Positions 37,055 to 48,143 of a DNA stretch of 64,000 nucleotides are shown one piece after another. The position numbers were made by a program, and so were the translations under genes. Position 1 is the stretch's first letter. Each line of letters begins with the position of its first letter. The stretch is from Acidimicrobiia bacterium. GTDB taxonomy: Bacteria; Actinomycetota; Acidimicrobiia; Spongiisociales; UBA5794. Location of the stretch: assembly GCA_041393965.1 (NCBI GenBank), contig JAWKJB010000002.1, positions 512,339 to 576,338 on the forward strand. The letters run 5' to 3'. The notes beneath the pieces were generated by a model. It saw only the letters and a program-made list of their open reading frames with translations, was not told where the DNA came from and made no database searches.

Positions 37055-37588
37055 ATGCGAAGGGTGATGGACGAAGGCGATATCAACCGCGTGGTACGGC
37101 GTATCGCCAATGAGATCATCGAACGCAACCACGGCGTCGACAATGTGCTTCTGCTCGGCATACCGACCCGCGGCAAGCCGCTCGCGGAAAGGATCTGTGC
37201 GGTCCTGTGCGAGATCGAGGGAGTCACGATGACTGCCGGATCGCTCGATATCGGGATGTACCGGGACGACATCGACACGCGGCCGCGGACACGCTTGGGC
37301 CCGACGGACATCCCGCGGCCCATCGACGGCGCCGATGTGGTGCTCGTCGACGATGTGCTGTACACGGGAAGAACCATCCGTGCAGCACTTGACGCACTCG
37401 CCGACCTCGGGCGACCTGCCACGGTCCAACTCGCGGTCATCATCGACCGCGGTCATCGCCAACTTCCCATCAGGCCGGACTATGTCGGAAGGAACATCCC
37501 CACATCGGTGAGCGAGCATGTGTCGGTTCGGATCGTTCCCACTGACGACGAGGACGGTGTTTGGGTGAGCAGCGAGGTCCTTGCGTGA
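37055..37588 (+). CDS. pyrR: Bifunctional pyrimidine operon regulator / uracil phosphoribosyltransferase PyrR
   Basis: MRRVMDEGDINRVVRRIANEIIERN N-terminus and a PRPP-binding motif VVLVDDVLYTGRT. 178 aa. The track ORF at 36995 is over-extended. Confidence 0.92.
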   Translation: MRRVMDEGDINRVVRRIANEIIERNHGVDNVLLLGIPTRGKPLAERICAVLCEIEGVTMTAGSLDIGMYRDDIDTRPRTRLGPTDIPRPIDGADVVLVDDVLYTGRTIRAALDALADLGRPATVQLAVIIDRGHRQLPIRPDYVGRNIPTSVSEHVSVRIVPTDDEDGVWVSSEVLA

Positions 37589-38502
37589 GGCATCTGCTCA
37601 CGACGGCGACGCTCGATCGGGAGACGCTGACCTCGCTCCTCGACGAGGCTGATGGATTCCGTGAGGTCCTCAGCCGTCCCATCCCGAAGGTGCCCGCTCT
37701 GCGGGGCAAGACCGTCGCGATGATGTTCTTCGAGCCGTCGACCCGGACACGCATGTCCTTCGAGAAGGCGGCACGAGCGCTCTCGGCAGACACCGTGTCG
37801 TTCAGCCCCGGAATCTCGGCGCTTTCGAAAGGTGAATCGCTCAAGGACACCGCCCTCACCGTGCGAGCCATGGGTGTCGATCTGATGGTTGTTCGCCACA
37901 AGGCCACCGGCGCGCCGATGCGCCTCGCGGAGTGGCTGGACATCCCGATCGTGAACGGAGGCGACGGCGCCAACCAGCACCCGACCCAGGCGATCCTTGA
38001 CTGCCAAACGATCCGCAAGCGATTCGGCACGCTCGACGGTCTCTGCATCGCGATCGTCGGGGATGTGCGCCACTCGCGCGTTGCGCGATCGAATGTGCAG
38101 GCCATGACCGCCCTCGGCGCCGATGTCACCCTCGTGGGACCACCGACGCTGCTTCCGGTCGACTTGGAAGGTTGGCCAGTGAAGACAACCGCCGACCTGG
38201 ATGCAACGGTGCCAACGGTGGATGTTGTCTACCTCTTGCGTGTTCAGACAGAACGCGGTGGCGCATCGGTCTTTCCTTCGATCGCGGAGTATGCGCAGCG
38301 GTTCGGGATGACCAACCGCCGTTTCGCGGCGCTCGCCGACGATGCCATCGTCATGCATCCGGGCCCCATGAACCGCGGCGTCGAGATCGCACACGATGTT
38401 GCCGACCACGAGCGCGCCCTGATCCTCGATCAGGTTGCGAACGGCGTTGCAACCCGGATGGCGGTCTTGTTTGCCCTCCTCGGCGGTGATTCCGATGTAT
38501 GA
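37585..38502 (+). CDS. pyrB: Aspartate carbamoyltransferase catalytic subunit
   Basis: GTG at 37585 overlaps the pyrR stop. STRTR and HPTQ motifs. 306 aa. Confidence 0.93.
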   Translation: MRHLLTTATLDRETLTSLLDEADGFREVLSRPIPKVPALRGKTVAMMFFEPSTRTRMSFEKAARALSADTVSFSPGISALSKGESLKDTALTVRAMGVDLMVVRHKATGAPMRLAEWLDIPIVNGGDGANQHPTQAILDCQTIRKRFGTLDGLCIAIVGDVRHSRVARSNVQAMTALGADVTLVGPPTLLPVDLEGWPVKTTADLDATVPTVDVVYLLRVQTERGGASVFPSIAEYAQRFGMTNRRFAALADDAIVMHPGPMNRGVEIAHDVADHERALILDQVANGVATRMAVLFALLGGDSDV

Positions 38503-39757
38503 CCTCATCCTTGGGGGCGGCTCGGTGGCCACCACCGGGGGTGTCGTCGTCACCGATGTGGCAATTGGTGAGGGCATGATCGTGGCAATGGGCGCGAACC
38601 TCGGCGAAGCCCACGAAGTCATCGACTGCTCGAACAGGTGGATCGGGCCCGCCCTCGTGGATCTCCACACGCATCTGCGCGAACCGGGACAGGAGTGGAA
38701 AGAGGACATCGCGTCGGGCTCAGCCGCTGCAGCAGCCGGCGGCTACGGCGCGGTGGTCGCGATGCCGAACACCGACCCTGCGATCGATGCGGGCCATGTC
38801 GCGCGATTCGTCAAGGACCGCGGGCGGGAGGTCGGTCTGGTGGATATCCAGCCTGCGGGTGCGATCACGATGGGGCGACGCGGCGAGGTCATGGCCCATC
38901 TCGACGATCTGTGGGCTTCCGGCGTCCGGATGTTCACCGATGACGGCGCTTCGGTTGCCAATGCCGCGCTCCTTCGTACGGCCATGGAGTATGTCTCTTC
39001 ACTCGGCGGCGTCATCGCCCAGCACGCGGTCGATTCCGACCTCGCCGCTGCGGGCCACATGCACGAAGGCTCCGTGTCGTCACAACTCGGAATGTACGGA
39101 ATCCCGCGACAGGCCGACGACATCGAAATCACCCGGGACCTTGCCCTCGTCGAGATGACCGGTGTCACCTACCACCTCCAGCATGTATCGACGGCCGGAG
39201 GTGTCGAAATGATTCGAGAGGCGAAGCGTCGGGGCCTTCCGGTGACGGCGGAAGTGACCCCGCACCACCTCGCGTTCGATCACACCGATGTTGCCACAAC
39301 CGATTCGAACTTCAAGGTCATGCCGCCCCTGCGCGACGAGGCGGATCGTGCGGCGCTCGTTGCCGGTCTCAGCGACGGTACGATCGATGCGATCGCGACC
39401 GATCACGCTCCCCACGCAGCCCTCGAGAAGGAAGTGCCGTTCGAAGAGGCGCCCCACGGCATCCTTGGCCTCGAATGGGCGATCTCGGTCGCCATCGGCG
39501 TGGTCGGCCTCGACCAATCATCGCTGTTTGACCGCATGGCCGTTGCACCGGCATCCATCGCGGGCCTCGACGAACACGGCCACCTGCTTGCCGAGGGGCG
39601 AGCAGCGACGCTCACCGTCATCGACCCTTCCGAACGCTGGACACCGGTGAGGACCCGCTCCAAGAGCCGCAACGCCCCCTATCTCGGGCGGGAGTTGACG
39701 GGAAGGTCACGGCTGACCCTGTTGCGCGGTGTTGTGACGCATCGAGCGGATCAATGA
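38495..39757 (+). CDS. pyrC: Dihydroorotase
   Basis: ATG at 38495 overlaps the pyrB stop by 8 nt. Metal ligands [10 protein letters not shown]. 421 aa. Confidence 0.9.
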   Translation: MYDLILGGGSVATTGGVVVTDVAIGEGMIVAMGANLGEAHEVIDCSNRWIGPALVDLHTHLREPGQEWKEDIASGSAAAAAGGYGAVVAMPNTDPAIDAGHVARFVKDRGREVGLVDIQPAGAITMGRRGEVMAHLDDLWASGVRMFTDDGASVANAALLRTAMEYVSSLGGVIAQHAVDSDLAAAGHMHEGSVSSQLGMYGIPRQADDIEITRDLALVEMTGVTYHLQHVSTAGGVEMIREAKRRGLPVTAEVTPHHLAFDHTDVATTDSNFKVMPPLRDEADRAALVAGLSDGTIDAIATDHAPHAALEKEVPFEEAPHGILGLEWAISVAIGVVGLDQSSLFDRMAVAPASIAGLDEHGHLLAEGRAATLTVIDPSERWTPVRTRSKSRNAPYLGRELTGRSRLTLLRGVVTHRADQ

Positions 39758-40929
39758 ACGGGACACAGCCCGGGATTCTCGCCACCGCGGACGGTACGGT
39801 GTTCCGGGGAACGGCGAACGGTGCCCGAGGTGTCGCCGTCGGTGAGGCCGTCTTCAACACATCGATGACCGGCTATCAGGAGATCCTCACCGATCCCTCC
39901 TACGCCGGGCAGGTTGTGGTGTTCACGACGCCACACATCGGTAACTACGGCAGCAGCGAAGATGACGAACAAGCGGCACGGGTGCACGCCCGCGCGGTGG
40001 TGACCCGATCGCTGAGCAGGTCTTCGTCGTCGTGGCGATCGGATCAGCCCTTCGACGAATACCTCGAGGCCAGGGGAACCATTGCCCTCAGCGACATCGA
40101 CACACGGCGCCTCACGAGACATCTCAGGGAGCATGGCGCGATGCCCGTCGCCGTCGGATCCGACATCGACGAGCGCGAGCTCACCGAACTCGCAGCCTCG
40201 GCACCGACCATGGAGGGTCAGGATCTCGTCGCGTCGGTGACCACCGTCGAACCGTACTGTCAGGAAGCGACAGCGCCGAAGCGTGGAACGGTGGTGGCAT
40301 ACGACCTCGGCATCAAGCGCGATATCACCCGCAGCCTGGCAAGCCACGGTCTCGATGTCACCGTCGTCCCAGCGGGTACTTCGGCGTCGGAGGTCATCGC
40401 CATGGCGCCGGACGCCGTGTTCCTTTCGAACGGCCCGGGGGATCCCGAGCCACTGACCGATTCGATCAGGGCCGTGCGCGGACTCCTCGGACAAGTACCC
40501 CTGTTCGGAATCTGCCTCGGGCACCAAGTTCTCGGTCTCGCCCTGGGAGCAACCACCTTCAAACTCCCGTTCGGCCACCACGGCGGAAACCATCCGGTGC
40601 GTCGACTCGACGACGGCAGCGTCGCCATCACCGCCCAAAACCACGGATTCGCCGTGGACCTGTGGTCGCTGACCGACACAGCACGGCCTACTGCGGGTCG
40701 ACTCCCGGGGAGCGATCTTCTGCCGGACCTTGTGAACACCGACTTCGGGATCGTCCGGCCGACCCATCAGAATCTGAACGACGGGACGAACGAGGGGCTC
40801 CGATGCTTGGAGGTCGCTGCGTTCTCGGTGCAATACCATCCCGAAGCCGCACCCGGTCCTTCGGACGCGAGGGGTCTGTTCGGCGATTTCGTCGCCATGA
40901 TCGAAGGCCATCGTGCCGCAGCGGACTGA
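39754..40929 (+). CDS. carA: Carbamoyl-phosphate synthase small (glutaminase) subunit
   Basis: Class I glutamine amidotransferase catalytic Cys (GICLGHQ). 391 aa. Confidence 0.93.
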   Translation: MNGTQPGILATADGTVFRGTANGARGVAVGEAVFNTSMTGYQEILTDPSYAGQVVVFTTPHIGNYGSSEDDEQAARVHARAVVTRSLSRSSSSWRSDQPFDEYLEARGTIALSDIDTRRLTRHLREHGAMPVAVGSDIDERELTELAASAPTMEGQDLVASVTTVEPYCQEATAPKRGTVVAYDLGIKRDITRSLASHGLDVTVVPAGTSASEVIAMAPDAVFLSNGPGDPEPLTDSIRAVRGLLGQVPLFGICLGHQVLGLALGATTFKLPFGHHGGNHPVRRLDDGSVAITAQNHGFAVDLWSLTDTARPTAGRLPGSDLLPDLVNTDFGIVRPTHQNLNDGTNEGLRCLEVAAFSVQYHPEAAPGPSDARGLFGDFVAMIEGHRAAAD

Positions 40930-43900
40930 CCTGGGGTCGATCCTTGTGATCGGGTCTGGCCCGATCATCATCGGACAGGCATGCGAATTCGACTATTCGG
41001 GAACCCAGGCGGTGAAAGCCCTTCGTTCCCGGGGACATCGGGTCGTCTTGATCAACTCGAATCCGGCCACCATCATGACCGATCCCGAATTCGCGGATGC
41101 GACCTACATCGAACCGATCACCGCCGAGTTCGTCGAGGCGGTCATGCGCAAGGAGCGCCCCAACGCCGTCCTCCCAACCCTTGGGGGCCAGACGGCGCTC
41201 AATGTCACCGTGGAGCTCGCCAAGGCAGGGATCTTCGACGAACTCGGAGTCGAACTGATCGGCGCATCACTCGACGCCATCGAGATGGCCGAAGATCGCG
41301 GACGATTCAAACAGGCCATGGAAGGTGCCGGAATCGCGACGGCCCGGGCTCGGTATGTCACTTCGGTCGAGTCGGCGCTCGAAGCGGTGGCTGAGCTCGG
41401 CTTTCCGGCGATGGTGCGTCCCAGCTACATCCTCGGGGGTGGTGGAACCGGTCTTGCCCACGATGAGGCGGCATTCATCGACATCGTCACCAACGGCATC
41501 GCCACAAGCCCCGTGGGGGAGGTGCTGATCGAAGAATCGGTGTACGGCTGGAAGGAGTTTGAGCTCGAGGTCATGCGCGACGGCGCCGACAACGCTGTGG
41601 TTGTGTGCTCGATCGAGAACCTCGACCCGATGGGGGTCCACACCGGTGACTCGATCACGGTCGCTCCCGCGATGACGCTGTCCGACCGTGAGTACCAGGC
41701 AATGCGGGACGAGGCAATCGCGTGTCTGCGGATCATCGGCGTCGAAACGGGCGGTTCCAATGTTCAGTTCGCGGTCGACCCACGAACCGGACGGCGCATC
41801 ATCATCGAGATGAATCCGCGGGTGTCACGGTCATCGGCGTTGGCATCGAAGGCAACCGGGTTCCCAATCGCCAAAATCGCTGCGCTCCTCGCCGTTGGGT
41901 TCACGCTCGATGAGATCGCGAACGACATCACCGGAGCCACACCCGCATCGTTCGAGCCCGCGCTCGACTATGTGGTGGTCAAAGCGCCTCGGTTCGATTT
42001 TGCCAAGTTCCCGTCGGTTCCAGCCACGCTCGGGACCTCCATGCAGTCCGTTGGGGAGGCGATGTCGATCGGGCGAACCTTCCCCGAGGCTCTCCAAAAG
42101 GCACTGCGAAGTCTCGAGACGGGCCGTGCCGGGCTCAACGCCGACCCAGGGGAGGCCCCGCTGCGAGAGGCCGACACGGACACGCTTGTCGCGAGCTGCG
42201 CAATTCCGAGCCCCGGCCGGATCTTCGAGGTCGCCGAGCTCCTCCGGAGGGGGGAGACCCCTGGACGCCTCGCCGAGCTGACCGCGATCGATCCCTGGTT
42301 CATCGACCAGATTGCCCAAATCGTCGAACTGCGCTACGCATTGGAAGGACAGCACCCGAGTGCCGAACTGATTCGCGTTGCCCGTCGGATGGGTTTCTCG
42401 GATCCCCAGCTTTGCTACCTGTGGCGAATCAGCCCGGACACGCTCGCGACCCTCACTGCCGGGGCGAACTCGGGTGTGACCTACAAGACGGTCGATACCT
42501 GCGCCGCCGAGTTCACAGCCGAGACTCCCTACTTCTATTCGACTCATGAAGATGAGTCCGAAGTGCCTGCCCCGGGCGATCGAACGGTGATGGTCCTCGG
42601 ATCGGGCCCGAATCGAATCGGCCAGGGAATCGAATTCGATTACTGCTGCGTGCATGCAGCGTTCGCAATCGAGGAGGCGGGCTACGAAACCGTGATGGTC
42701 AACTGCAACCCCGAAACGGTCTCGACGGACTACGACATTTCGACCCGCTTGTATTTCGAGCCGCTGACGATTGACGATGTCATGGCGATCGTTGCGGTCG
42801 AGCGACCCCGGGCCGTGATCGTTCAGCTCGGCGGGCAGACTCCTCTCGGCCTTGCACGAGCACTGGAGGATGCTGGCGTGCCGATCGCCGGGACTTCTCC
42901 GACTTCCATCGACATGGCCGAGGACCGCGAGCAGTTCTCTTCTCTGTGTGAACGGATCGGGATCAGTCAGCCACCGAACGGAACGGCCACATCGATGGCC
43001 GAGGCCCAAGATGTGGTCGATCGCATCGGTCTTCCTGCCGTCGTTCGCCCTTCCTATGTGCTTGGCGGACGGGCGATGCGCATTATCTATTCGATCGAAG
43101 AGCTTTCCGGGTATCTCGCCGAGTTCTATGGAGCGGTGCAAGGCGGAGGGCTCGATCTTTCCGAGGCGCCCTTGTTGATCGATCGGTTCCTCGAATCGGC
43201 GGTCGAGGTCGATGTTGATGCAATCTACGACGGCACCGAGCTGTACATCGGCGGCATCATGGAACATGTCGAGGAAGCAGGCGTCCACTCGGGCGACTCT
43301 GCGTGTGTCGTCCCACCTCCCACACTCGGCCCCGAAGCGATCGCGACCGTGACGGAGCAGACGCGGCTTCTCGCAGAGGCTCTGTCGGTCCGGGGCCTTG
43401 TCAACATCCAGTTCGCGATCAGGGGCGACGATGTGTTCGTCCTCGAGGCGAATCCACGAGCGTCGCGGACGGTGCCGTTCATCTCGAAGGCAACAGGGGT
43501 TCCTCTTGCGAAACTTGCCACCTGGGTGATGCTCGGCGAGTCCTTGGAGGATCTCCGTGCCGCGGGGAGGATTCCGGCGGCCACACCGCGACCCGCCTAC
43601 ACAGCCGTCAAGGAGGCCGTGCTTCCCTGGAAGCGCTTTCCGCGTGAGGACACCCTGCTCGGACCTGAGATGCGAGCGACCGGTGAAGTTATGGGCATCG
43701 GAGCCACGGCCGGGATCGCATACGCGAAAGCCCTGCGCGGCGCAGGCCACTTCGTGCCCGATACCGGTGCTGCCTTCATCTCGCTCGCCGACAGGGACAA
43801 GACGGTTGGGGTCGAGATCGGGCGAATCCTCGCCGCCCTCGGATTCAAGCTCTATGCCACCCACGGAACGGCCGGGCATCTCGCCCGTCATGGCATTCCT

Positions 43901-44173
43901 ACCACCCATGTTGACAAGGTCGGAGAAGGCGCATACGACCCGGTTCGTCTGATCGAGGAGGACCGGATCGACCTTGTCGTGAACACACCCGCTGGCGGCA
44001 AGGCGAGGGGAGATGGTCGTCTCATCCGGCTTGCAGCCAACCGCCACGGTATTCCCAGCGTGACGACCGCCCAGGGCGGCCTCGCCGTGGCGAGGTCGAT
44101 CAGGGCGACGAGGGAAGCTCCGTTGTCGGTTGTGAGCCTCCAGGACCACCATCACGGAGCGGGAGTCACATGA
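40913..44173 (+). CDS. carB: Carbamoyl-phosphate synthase large subunit
   Basis: 1086 aa with two ATP-grasp halves and an MGS-like C-terminal domain. Confidence 0.95.
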   Translation: MPQRTDLGSILVIGSGPIIIGQACEFDYSGTQAVKALRSRGHRVVLINSNPATIMTDPEFADATYIEPITAEFVEAVMRKERPNAVLPTLGGQTALNVTVELAKAGIFDELGVELIGASLDAIEMAEDRGRFKQAMEGAGIATARARYVTSVESALEAVAELGFPAMVRPSYILGGGGTGLAHDEAAFIDIVTNGIATSPVGEVLIEESVYGWKEFELEVMRDGADNAVVVCSIENLDPMGVHTGDSITVAPAMTLSDREYQAMRDEAIACLRIIGVETGGSNVQFAVDPRTGRRIIIEMNPRVSRSSALASKATGFPIAKIAALLAVGFTLDEIANDITGATPASFEPALDYVVVKAPRFDFAKFPSVPATLGTSMQSVGEAMSIGRTFPEALQKALRSLETGRAGLNADPGEAPLREADTDTLVASCAIPSPGRIFEVAELLRRGETPGRLAELTAIDPWFIDQIAQIVELRYALEGQHPSAELIRVARRMGFSDPQLCYLWRISPDTLATLTAGANSGVTYKTVDTCAAEFTAETPYFYSTHEDESEVPAPGDRTVMVLGSGPNRIGQGIEFDYCCVHAAFAIEEAGYETVMVNCNPETVSTDYDISTRLYFEPLTIDDVMAIVAVERPRAVIVQLGGQTPLGLARALEDAGVPIAGTSPTSIDMAEDREQFSSLCERIGISQPPNGTATSMAEAQDVVDRIGLPAVVRPSYVLGGRAMRIIYSIEELSGYLAEFYGAVQGGGLDLSEAPLLIDRFLESAVEVDVDAIYDGTELYIGGIMEHVEEAGVHSGDSACVVPPPTLGPEAIATVTEQTRLLAEALSVRGLVNIQFAIRGDDVFVLEANPRASRTVPFISKATGVPLAKLATWVMLGESLEDLRAAGRIPAATPRPAYTAVKEAVLPWKRFPREDTLLGPEMRATGEVMGIGATAGIAYAKALRGAGHFVPDTGAAFISLADRDKTVGVEIGRILAALGFKLYATHGTAGHLARHGIPTTHVDKVGEGAYDPVRLIEEDRIDLVVNTPAGGKARGDGRLIRLAANRHGIPSVTTAQGGLAVARSIRATREAPLSVVSLQDHHHGAGVT

Positions 44174-45078
44174 TGGACCTTTCGGTCGAACTCGGTCCTG
44201 TGCGGCTTCGGTCCCCCCTCATTGCGGCATCGGGAACGGTTGGAAGCGTTGTCGACCTCGACGAGACGGTCGACTGGTCGGTGTACGGCGCTGCCGTCGC
44301 CAAGTCGGTCTCGCCAGACCCGTGGCATGGGCGGCCGCCGCCAAGGATGGCTCCAGCCGGTGGGGGCATGCTGAACGGCATCGGCATCCAGAACCCCGGC
44401 ATCGAGGTCTGGCTCGACGAGTACGGCGAGGCGGTTGGGGAGGCACCGGTTCCCGTGTGGGGGAGCGTCGTCGCGCACGACATCGACGGTTTTGCCACGG
44501 TTGCCGCAGCGATGACCCGAACGAGGGTGCAGGCGATCGAGATCAACCTCTCGTGCCCCAACCTGGATGGGATGCCGTTCGCGCTCGATCCGAAGGCATC
44601 ACGCGAGGTCGTGGGGGCGGTTCGCACGGTGACCGATCTGCCGATCGGGGCCAAGCTTTCGCCCGATGCGCACCCGATCGGCGCCGTCGCCGAAGCAGTC
44701 GCCGACGGCGGCGCGGACTGGCTCGTGGTTGCCAACACCGCGAGAGGCGCAGGATTCGACCCCGAAAGCCGCCGTCCGCTCCTGTCGGGGGTCATCGGGG
44801 GCTACTCGGGTGACGCCGTGCGACCCTTGGGACTGCGATGCGTCATCGAAACGGCCCAAGCCGTGCCGGATCTTCCCGTCATCGGATGCGGAGGGGTGTC
44901 TTCGGCTGCCCATGTCGTCGAGTACCTCCTCGCCGGCGCATCGGCGGTCGCGATCGGCACCGCGCACCTCGCGCAGCCGCGCATCGGCCGCAAGATCACC
45001 CGGGATTTCCTTCGGTACGGAAAGAGGCACGGTGTCGGGGCTGTGTCAGAGCTTCGAGGAGCGATGGTGCCGTGGTGA
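44170..45078 (+). CDS. pyrD: Dihydroorotate dehydrogenase, class 1 type catalytic subunit
   Basis: LIAASGT...NGIGIQNPG...NLSCPN motifs of class 1 DHOD. 302 aa. No pyrK partner gene is adjacent. Confidence 0.85.
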   Translation: MMDLSVELGPVRLRSPLIAASGTVGSVVDLDETVDWSVYGAAVAKSVSPDPWHGRPPPRMAPAGGGMLNGIGIQNPGIEVWLDEYGEAVGEAPVPVWGSVVAHDIDGFATVAAAMTRTRVQAIEINLSCPNLDGMPFALDPKASREVVGAVRTVTDLPIGAKLSPDAHPIGAVAEAVADGGADWLVVANTARGAGFDPESRRPLLSGVIGGYSGDAVRPLGLRCVIETAQAVPDLPVIGCGGVSSAAHVVEYLLAGASAVAIGTAHLAQPRIGRKITRDFLRYGKRHGVGAVSELRGAMVPW

Positions 45079-45785
45079 CGCCGAACCCGATCATCGTGGC
45101 GCTCGATGTGTCAACCGCGTCAGAGGCTGTCGAGCTCGCCGAGCGGCTCGCTCCGGTGGTCGGTGCGTTCAAGGTCGGGCTCGGTCTTCTCCACGGACCG
45201 GGACCCGGGGTCATCGACACCCTGGTACGGGTGGGCCTCCCGGTCTTCGCGGATGCCAAGCTCCACGACATCCCGTCCCAGGTCGAACGAGCCGCCGAGC
45301 GGCTCGGTTCGCACGGTGCCCGATGGGTGACGGCCCACATCTCCGGAGGTGCCGACATGCTGCAGGCTGCCGTCGAGGGTCTTGCCCGTGGTTCCGGCCA
45401 CGCGCAAGCGGGCATCCTCGGTGTCTCGGTCCTGACCTCCCTCGATCAACATGCCCTTGAACGAATCGGGATCCCGCGCACCAGCGGGCAGCTTGTCGGC
45501 AAGATGTCGAAGGTGGCTGCCGCCGCGGGGTGTGAAGGAGTGGTGTGTTCCCCCGAAGAGATCAATGTCGTGCGACAGTCGGCTCCGGGGCTGATTCGGG
45601 TGACACCGGGCATTCGCCCCGATGCCACCGACGACGACCAGTCCCGGACGGCGACACCGGAGGCAGCGATCGAGCGCGGAGCGACGATGCTCGTTGTCGG
45701 GAGACCGATCGTCGGCGCCGCGGACCCTGTTGCTGCCGCTGAGGGGATCCTCGAGCGGATTGCTGAGGGCCGCTCCGCCCAATGA
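45075..45785 (+). CDS. pyrF: Orotidine 5'-phosphate decarboxylase
   Basis: GTG at 45075 overlaps the pyrD stop. IIVALDV...FKVG motifs. 236 aa. Confidence 0.9.
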   Translation: MTPNPIIVALDVSTASEAVELAERLAPVVGAFKVGLGLLHGPGPGVIDTLVRVGLPVFADAKLHDIPSQVERAAERLGSHGARWVTAHISGGADMLQAAVEGLARGSGHAQAGILGVSVLTSLDQHALERIGIPRTSGQLVGKMSKVAAAAGCEGVVCSPEEINVVRQSAPGLIRVTPGIRPDATDDDQSRTATPEAAIERGATMLVVGRPIVGAADPVAAAEGILERIAEGRSAQ

Positions 45786-45798
45786 GTACGATGACGAC

Positions 45799-46122
45799 AT
45801 GACCCGATCAAACAACCCACCCCACATGACCGATGACCAACGGGCGGCGGCCCTCGAACGGGCAGCACTCGCGCGACGGACAAGAGCCGAGATCAAGGCA
45901 CTCCTCAAGACGAGCAGCCTCACATTCCAGGATGTTCTCGACCGGGCAGAAGGTGACGATCTCGTAGCGGGCACCCGGGTGAAAGCCATCGTGGGTTCGA
46001 TGCCCGGCATGGGAAAGATCACCACCATCCGACTTCTGGAAGAGATCGGTATCGCCGAGAACCGCACCCTGCGCGGGTTGACACCGAGGCAGACGAAGGA
46101 CCTCCTTGCCCGATTCTCCTGA
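45799..46122 (+). CDS. mihF: Integration host factor, actinobacterial type (mIHF)
   Basis: 108 aa: MTRSNNPPHMTDDQRAAALERAALARRTRAEIKA...MPGMGKITTIRLLEEIGI, which is mIHF-like. Sits ahead of gmk-rpoZ as in mycobacteria. Confidence 0.85.
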   Translation: MTRSNNPPHMTDDQRAAALERAALARRTRAEIKALLKTSSLTFQDVLDRAEGDDLVAGTRVKAIVGSMPGMGKITTIRLLEEIGIAENRTLRGLTPRQTKDLLARFS

Positions 46123-46681
46123 AGGTAGGCTCATCGTCATTTCCGGACCTTCCGGCGTTGGCAAGACAAGCATCGTCGAAGCCGTGCTCGCCCGAACCAA
46201 CGCACGATTCTCCGTTTCGGCGACGACTCGGGAGCCAAGACCAGGTGAGGTGCAAGGGGTCGACTACACCTTCTTGACACCGGCAGCATTCCGCGCGATG
46301 CGCGACCGAGGCGACATCCTCGAATGGGCGACCTACGGTGGCCACTTCTACGGTACACCCCGCGCGGCGGTCCTTCCCATCATCGAAACCGGCACCGATG
46401 TCGTCCTCGACATCGAAAACGAAGGCGCCCGCCAGATCCGGGACGCCTACCCCGATGCACTCATGATCTTCATCCGGCCACCGACGCTCCATCACCTCGC
46501 CGAGCGCCTTGCACGGCGGGGAGACACCTCCCCATCAGACATCGACAAACGCCTCGCCGTCGCCGATGAACAGATCGTCGAAGCCGGGGCGCTGTACGAC
46601 CACATCGTCACCAATGACGATCTGGCGACGACCATCACCGAGGTGCTCGATATACTGAGGCAACCGCGGCGCACCCCGTAG
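46106..46681 (+). CDS. gmk: Guanylate kinase
   Basis: P-loop GPSGVGKTS and TTREPRPGE motifs. Confidence 0.9.
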   Translation: MPDSPEGRLIVISGPSGVGKTSIVEAVLARTNARFSVSATTREPRPGEVQGVDYTFLTPAAFRAMRDRGDILEWATYGGHFYGTPRAAVLPIIETGTDVVLDIENEGARQIRDAYPDALMIFIRPPTLHHLAERLARRGDTSPSDIDKRLAVADEQIVEAGALYDHIVTNDDLATTITEVLDILRQPRRTP

Positions 46682-46721
46682 ACTGCGATACGCGAGCGTT
46701 TGCTGCGAACAGGAGTTCAAC

Positions 46722-46955
46722 ATGATGCTAGAGCCACCCATTGGCGCGGTCGTCGAAAAGACGCAGTCGCGCTTCGGGCTCGTGATCCTGTCAGCGCGCA
46801 GGGCGCGGCAAATCAACGCCTATTTCCACGAACTGGGAGCCGGTCAGTTCGGCTATGTCCCGCCACAGGTCCACTCGCTGTCCCGCAAGCCACTGTCGAT
46901 AGCCCTCGAGGAGATCGTCGAGGACAAGGTCGTTGTGGCTCCAGCCGAGGAGTAG
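46722..46955 (+). CDS. rpoZ: DNA-directed RNA polymerase subunit omega
   Basis: 77 aa containing the omega signature SRFGLVILSARRARQIN. Confidence 0.88.
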   Translation: MMLEPPIGAVVEKTQSRFGLVILSARRARQINAYFHELGAGQFGYVPPQVHSLSRKPLSIALEEIVEDKVVVAPAEE

Positions 46956-46958
46956 CTC

Positions 46959-48143
46959 ATGCTCGCCGGGCGACGCATCGTCCTCGGCGTCACCGGGGGT
47001 GTCGCTGCGTACAAGGCGGCCTACCTCGCCAGACGACTGGTCGAACAAGGTGCGTCGGTCCGCGCCGTCATGACACCCGCCGCCACCGAGTTCCTTGGTG
47101 CCGCGACCCTCTCGGCACTCACGGGCAACGAACCCGTCGTCGACCTGTTCGCCGACGCCGACCCTTCACCCCACACGACCCTCGCCCAATGGGCAGATGC
47201 GGTTGTTGTTGCTCCGGCGACAGCGGCAACCATCGCGAAATTGGCGGTGGGTGAATCGTCGAATGCACTTCTGGCGACACTGCTCGCCACGACCGCTCCG
47301 ATCGTGATCGCCCCCGCGATGCATACGGAGATGTGGGAGCACGACGCGACTCAATCGAACCTCGCGACACTTCGCCGCCGCGGCTGTGTCATCGTTGAGC
47401 CCGAATCCGGGGACCTGACGGGAGGCGATGTCGGTATCGGACGACTCGCCGATCCGGAGGTCATCGTCGCCGCGGTCGTGTCGGCACTGTCGCAGGGGCC
47501 CCTTGCAGGGGTGCGTGTGATCGTCACGGCAGGTGGGACCCGGGAGGCGATCGATCCGGTGCGATTCATCGGCAACCGATCGAGCGGCAAGATGGGCAAC
47601 GCCATCGCGCGTGCCGCAGCCGCAAGAGGTGCGTCGGTGACGCTCGTGACCGCGGCAGAGGACCCCGGGATCAGCGGTGTTGTGGCCGTCACCGTCGAGT
47701 CAGCCGACGAAATGGCTGACGCTGTGTGGTCACGCCTCGGAGCCTGCGACATTGCGGTGATGTCGGCGGCTGTTGCAGATTTCAAGCCGAAACAACGCGG
47801 AGCTGTCAAGTGGAAGCGTGCCGATGGCGTACCGACCATCGAACTCGTCCCGACACCCGATGTGCTCAAGGGAGTTCACGAGTCCGACACCCGGCCCTTC
47901 CTTGTTGGGTTCGCAGCCGAGACCGGAAGCCTCGAAGACGCTGCAGCGAAGGCCAAGCGGAAGGGCGTTGATCTCCTTGTCGCAAACGATGTGTCGGCAG
48001 AGGGCTCCGGATTCGGGACCGATACGAACCAGGTGACCATCTTTCGCGCCGATGGTTCGTCACGAGAGCTCCCGCTCCTCGACAAGGACGCGGTGGCCGA
48101 CGCACTGTGGGACGAAGTGCAGACACAGTGGGGCGGAGCCTGA
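46959..48143 (+). CDS. coaBC: Bifunctional phosphopantothenoylcysteine decarboxylase / phosphopantothenate-cysteine ligase
   Basis: An N-terminal flavoprotein domain (IVLGVTGGVAAYKA) and a C-terminal CoaB domain. 394 aa. Confidence 0.92.
   Translation: MLAGRRIVLGVTGGVAAYKAAYLARRLVEQGASVRAVMTPAATEFLGAATLSALTGNEPVVDLFADADPSPHTTLAQWADAVVVAPATAATIAKLAVGESSNALLATLLATTAPIVIAPAMHTEMWEHDATQSNLATLRRRGCVIVEPESGDLTGGDVGIGRLADPEVIVAAVVSALSQGPLAGVRVIVTAGGTREAIDPVRFIGNRSSGKMGNAIARAAAARGASVTLVTAAEDPGISGVVAVTVESADEMADAVWSRLGACDIAVMSAAVADFKPKQRGAVKWKRADGVPTIELVPTPDVLKGVHESDTRPFLVGFAAETGSLEDAAAKAKRKGVDLLVANDVSAEGSGFGTDTNQVTIFRADGSSRELPLLDKDAVADALWDEVQTQWGGA

Noticed and set aside
36972-37067. 32-codon ORF (MMQLFAKPCLRGHGSFCVF...) running through the pyr terminator into the pyrR start
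   Set aside because: It has no SD, it reads through the terminator stem, and it shows no codon enrichment relevant to pyrimidine sensing. The PyrR-protein-mediated mechanism explains the structure better.
41831-44155. 774-aa minus-strand ORF opposite carB
   Set aside because: Same antisense artefact. carB is unambiguous on the + strand.
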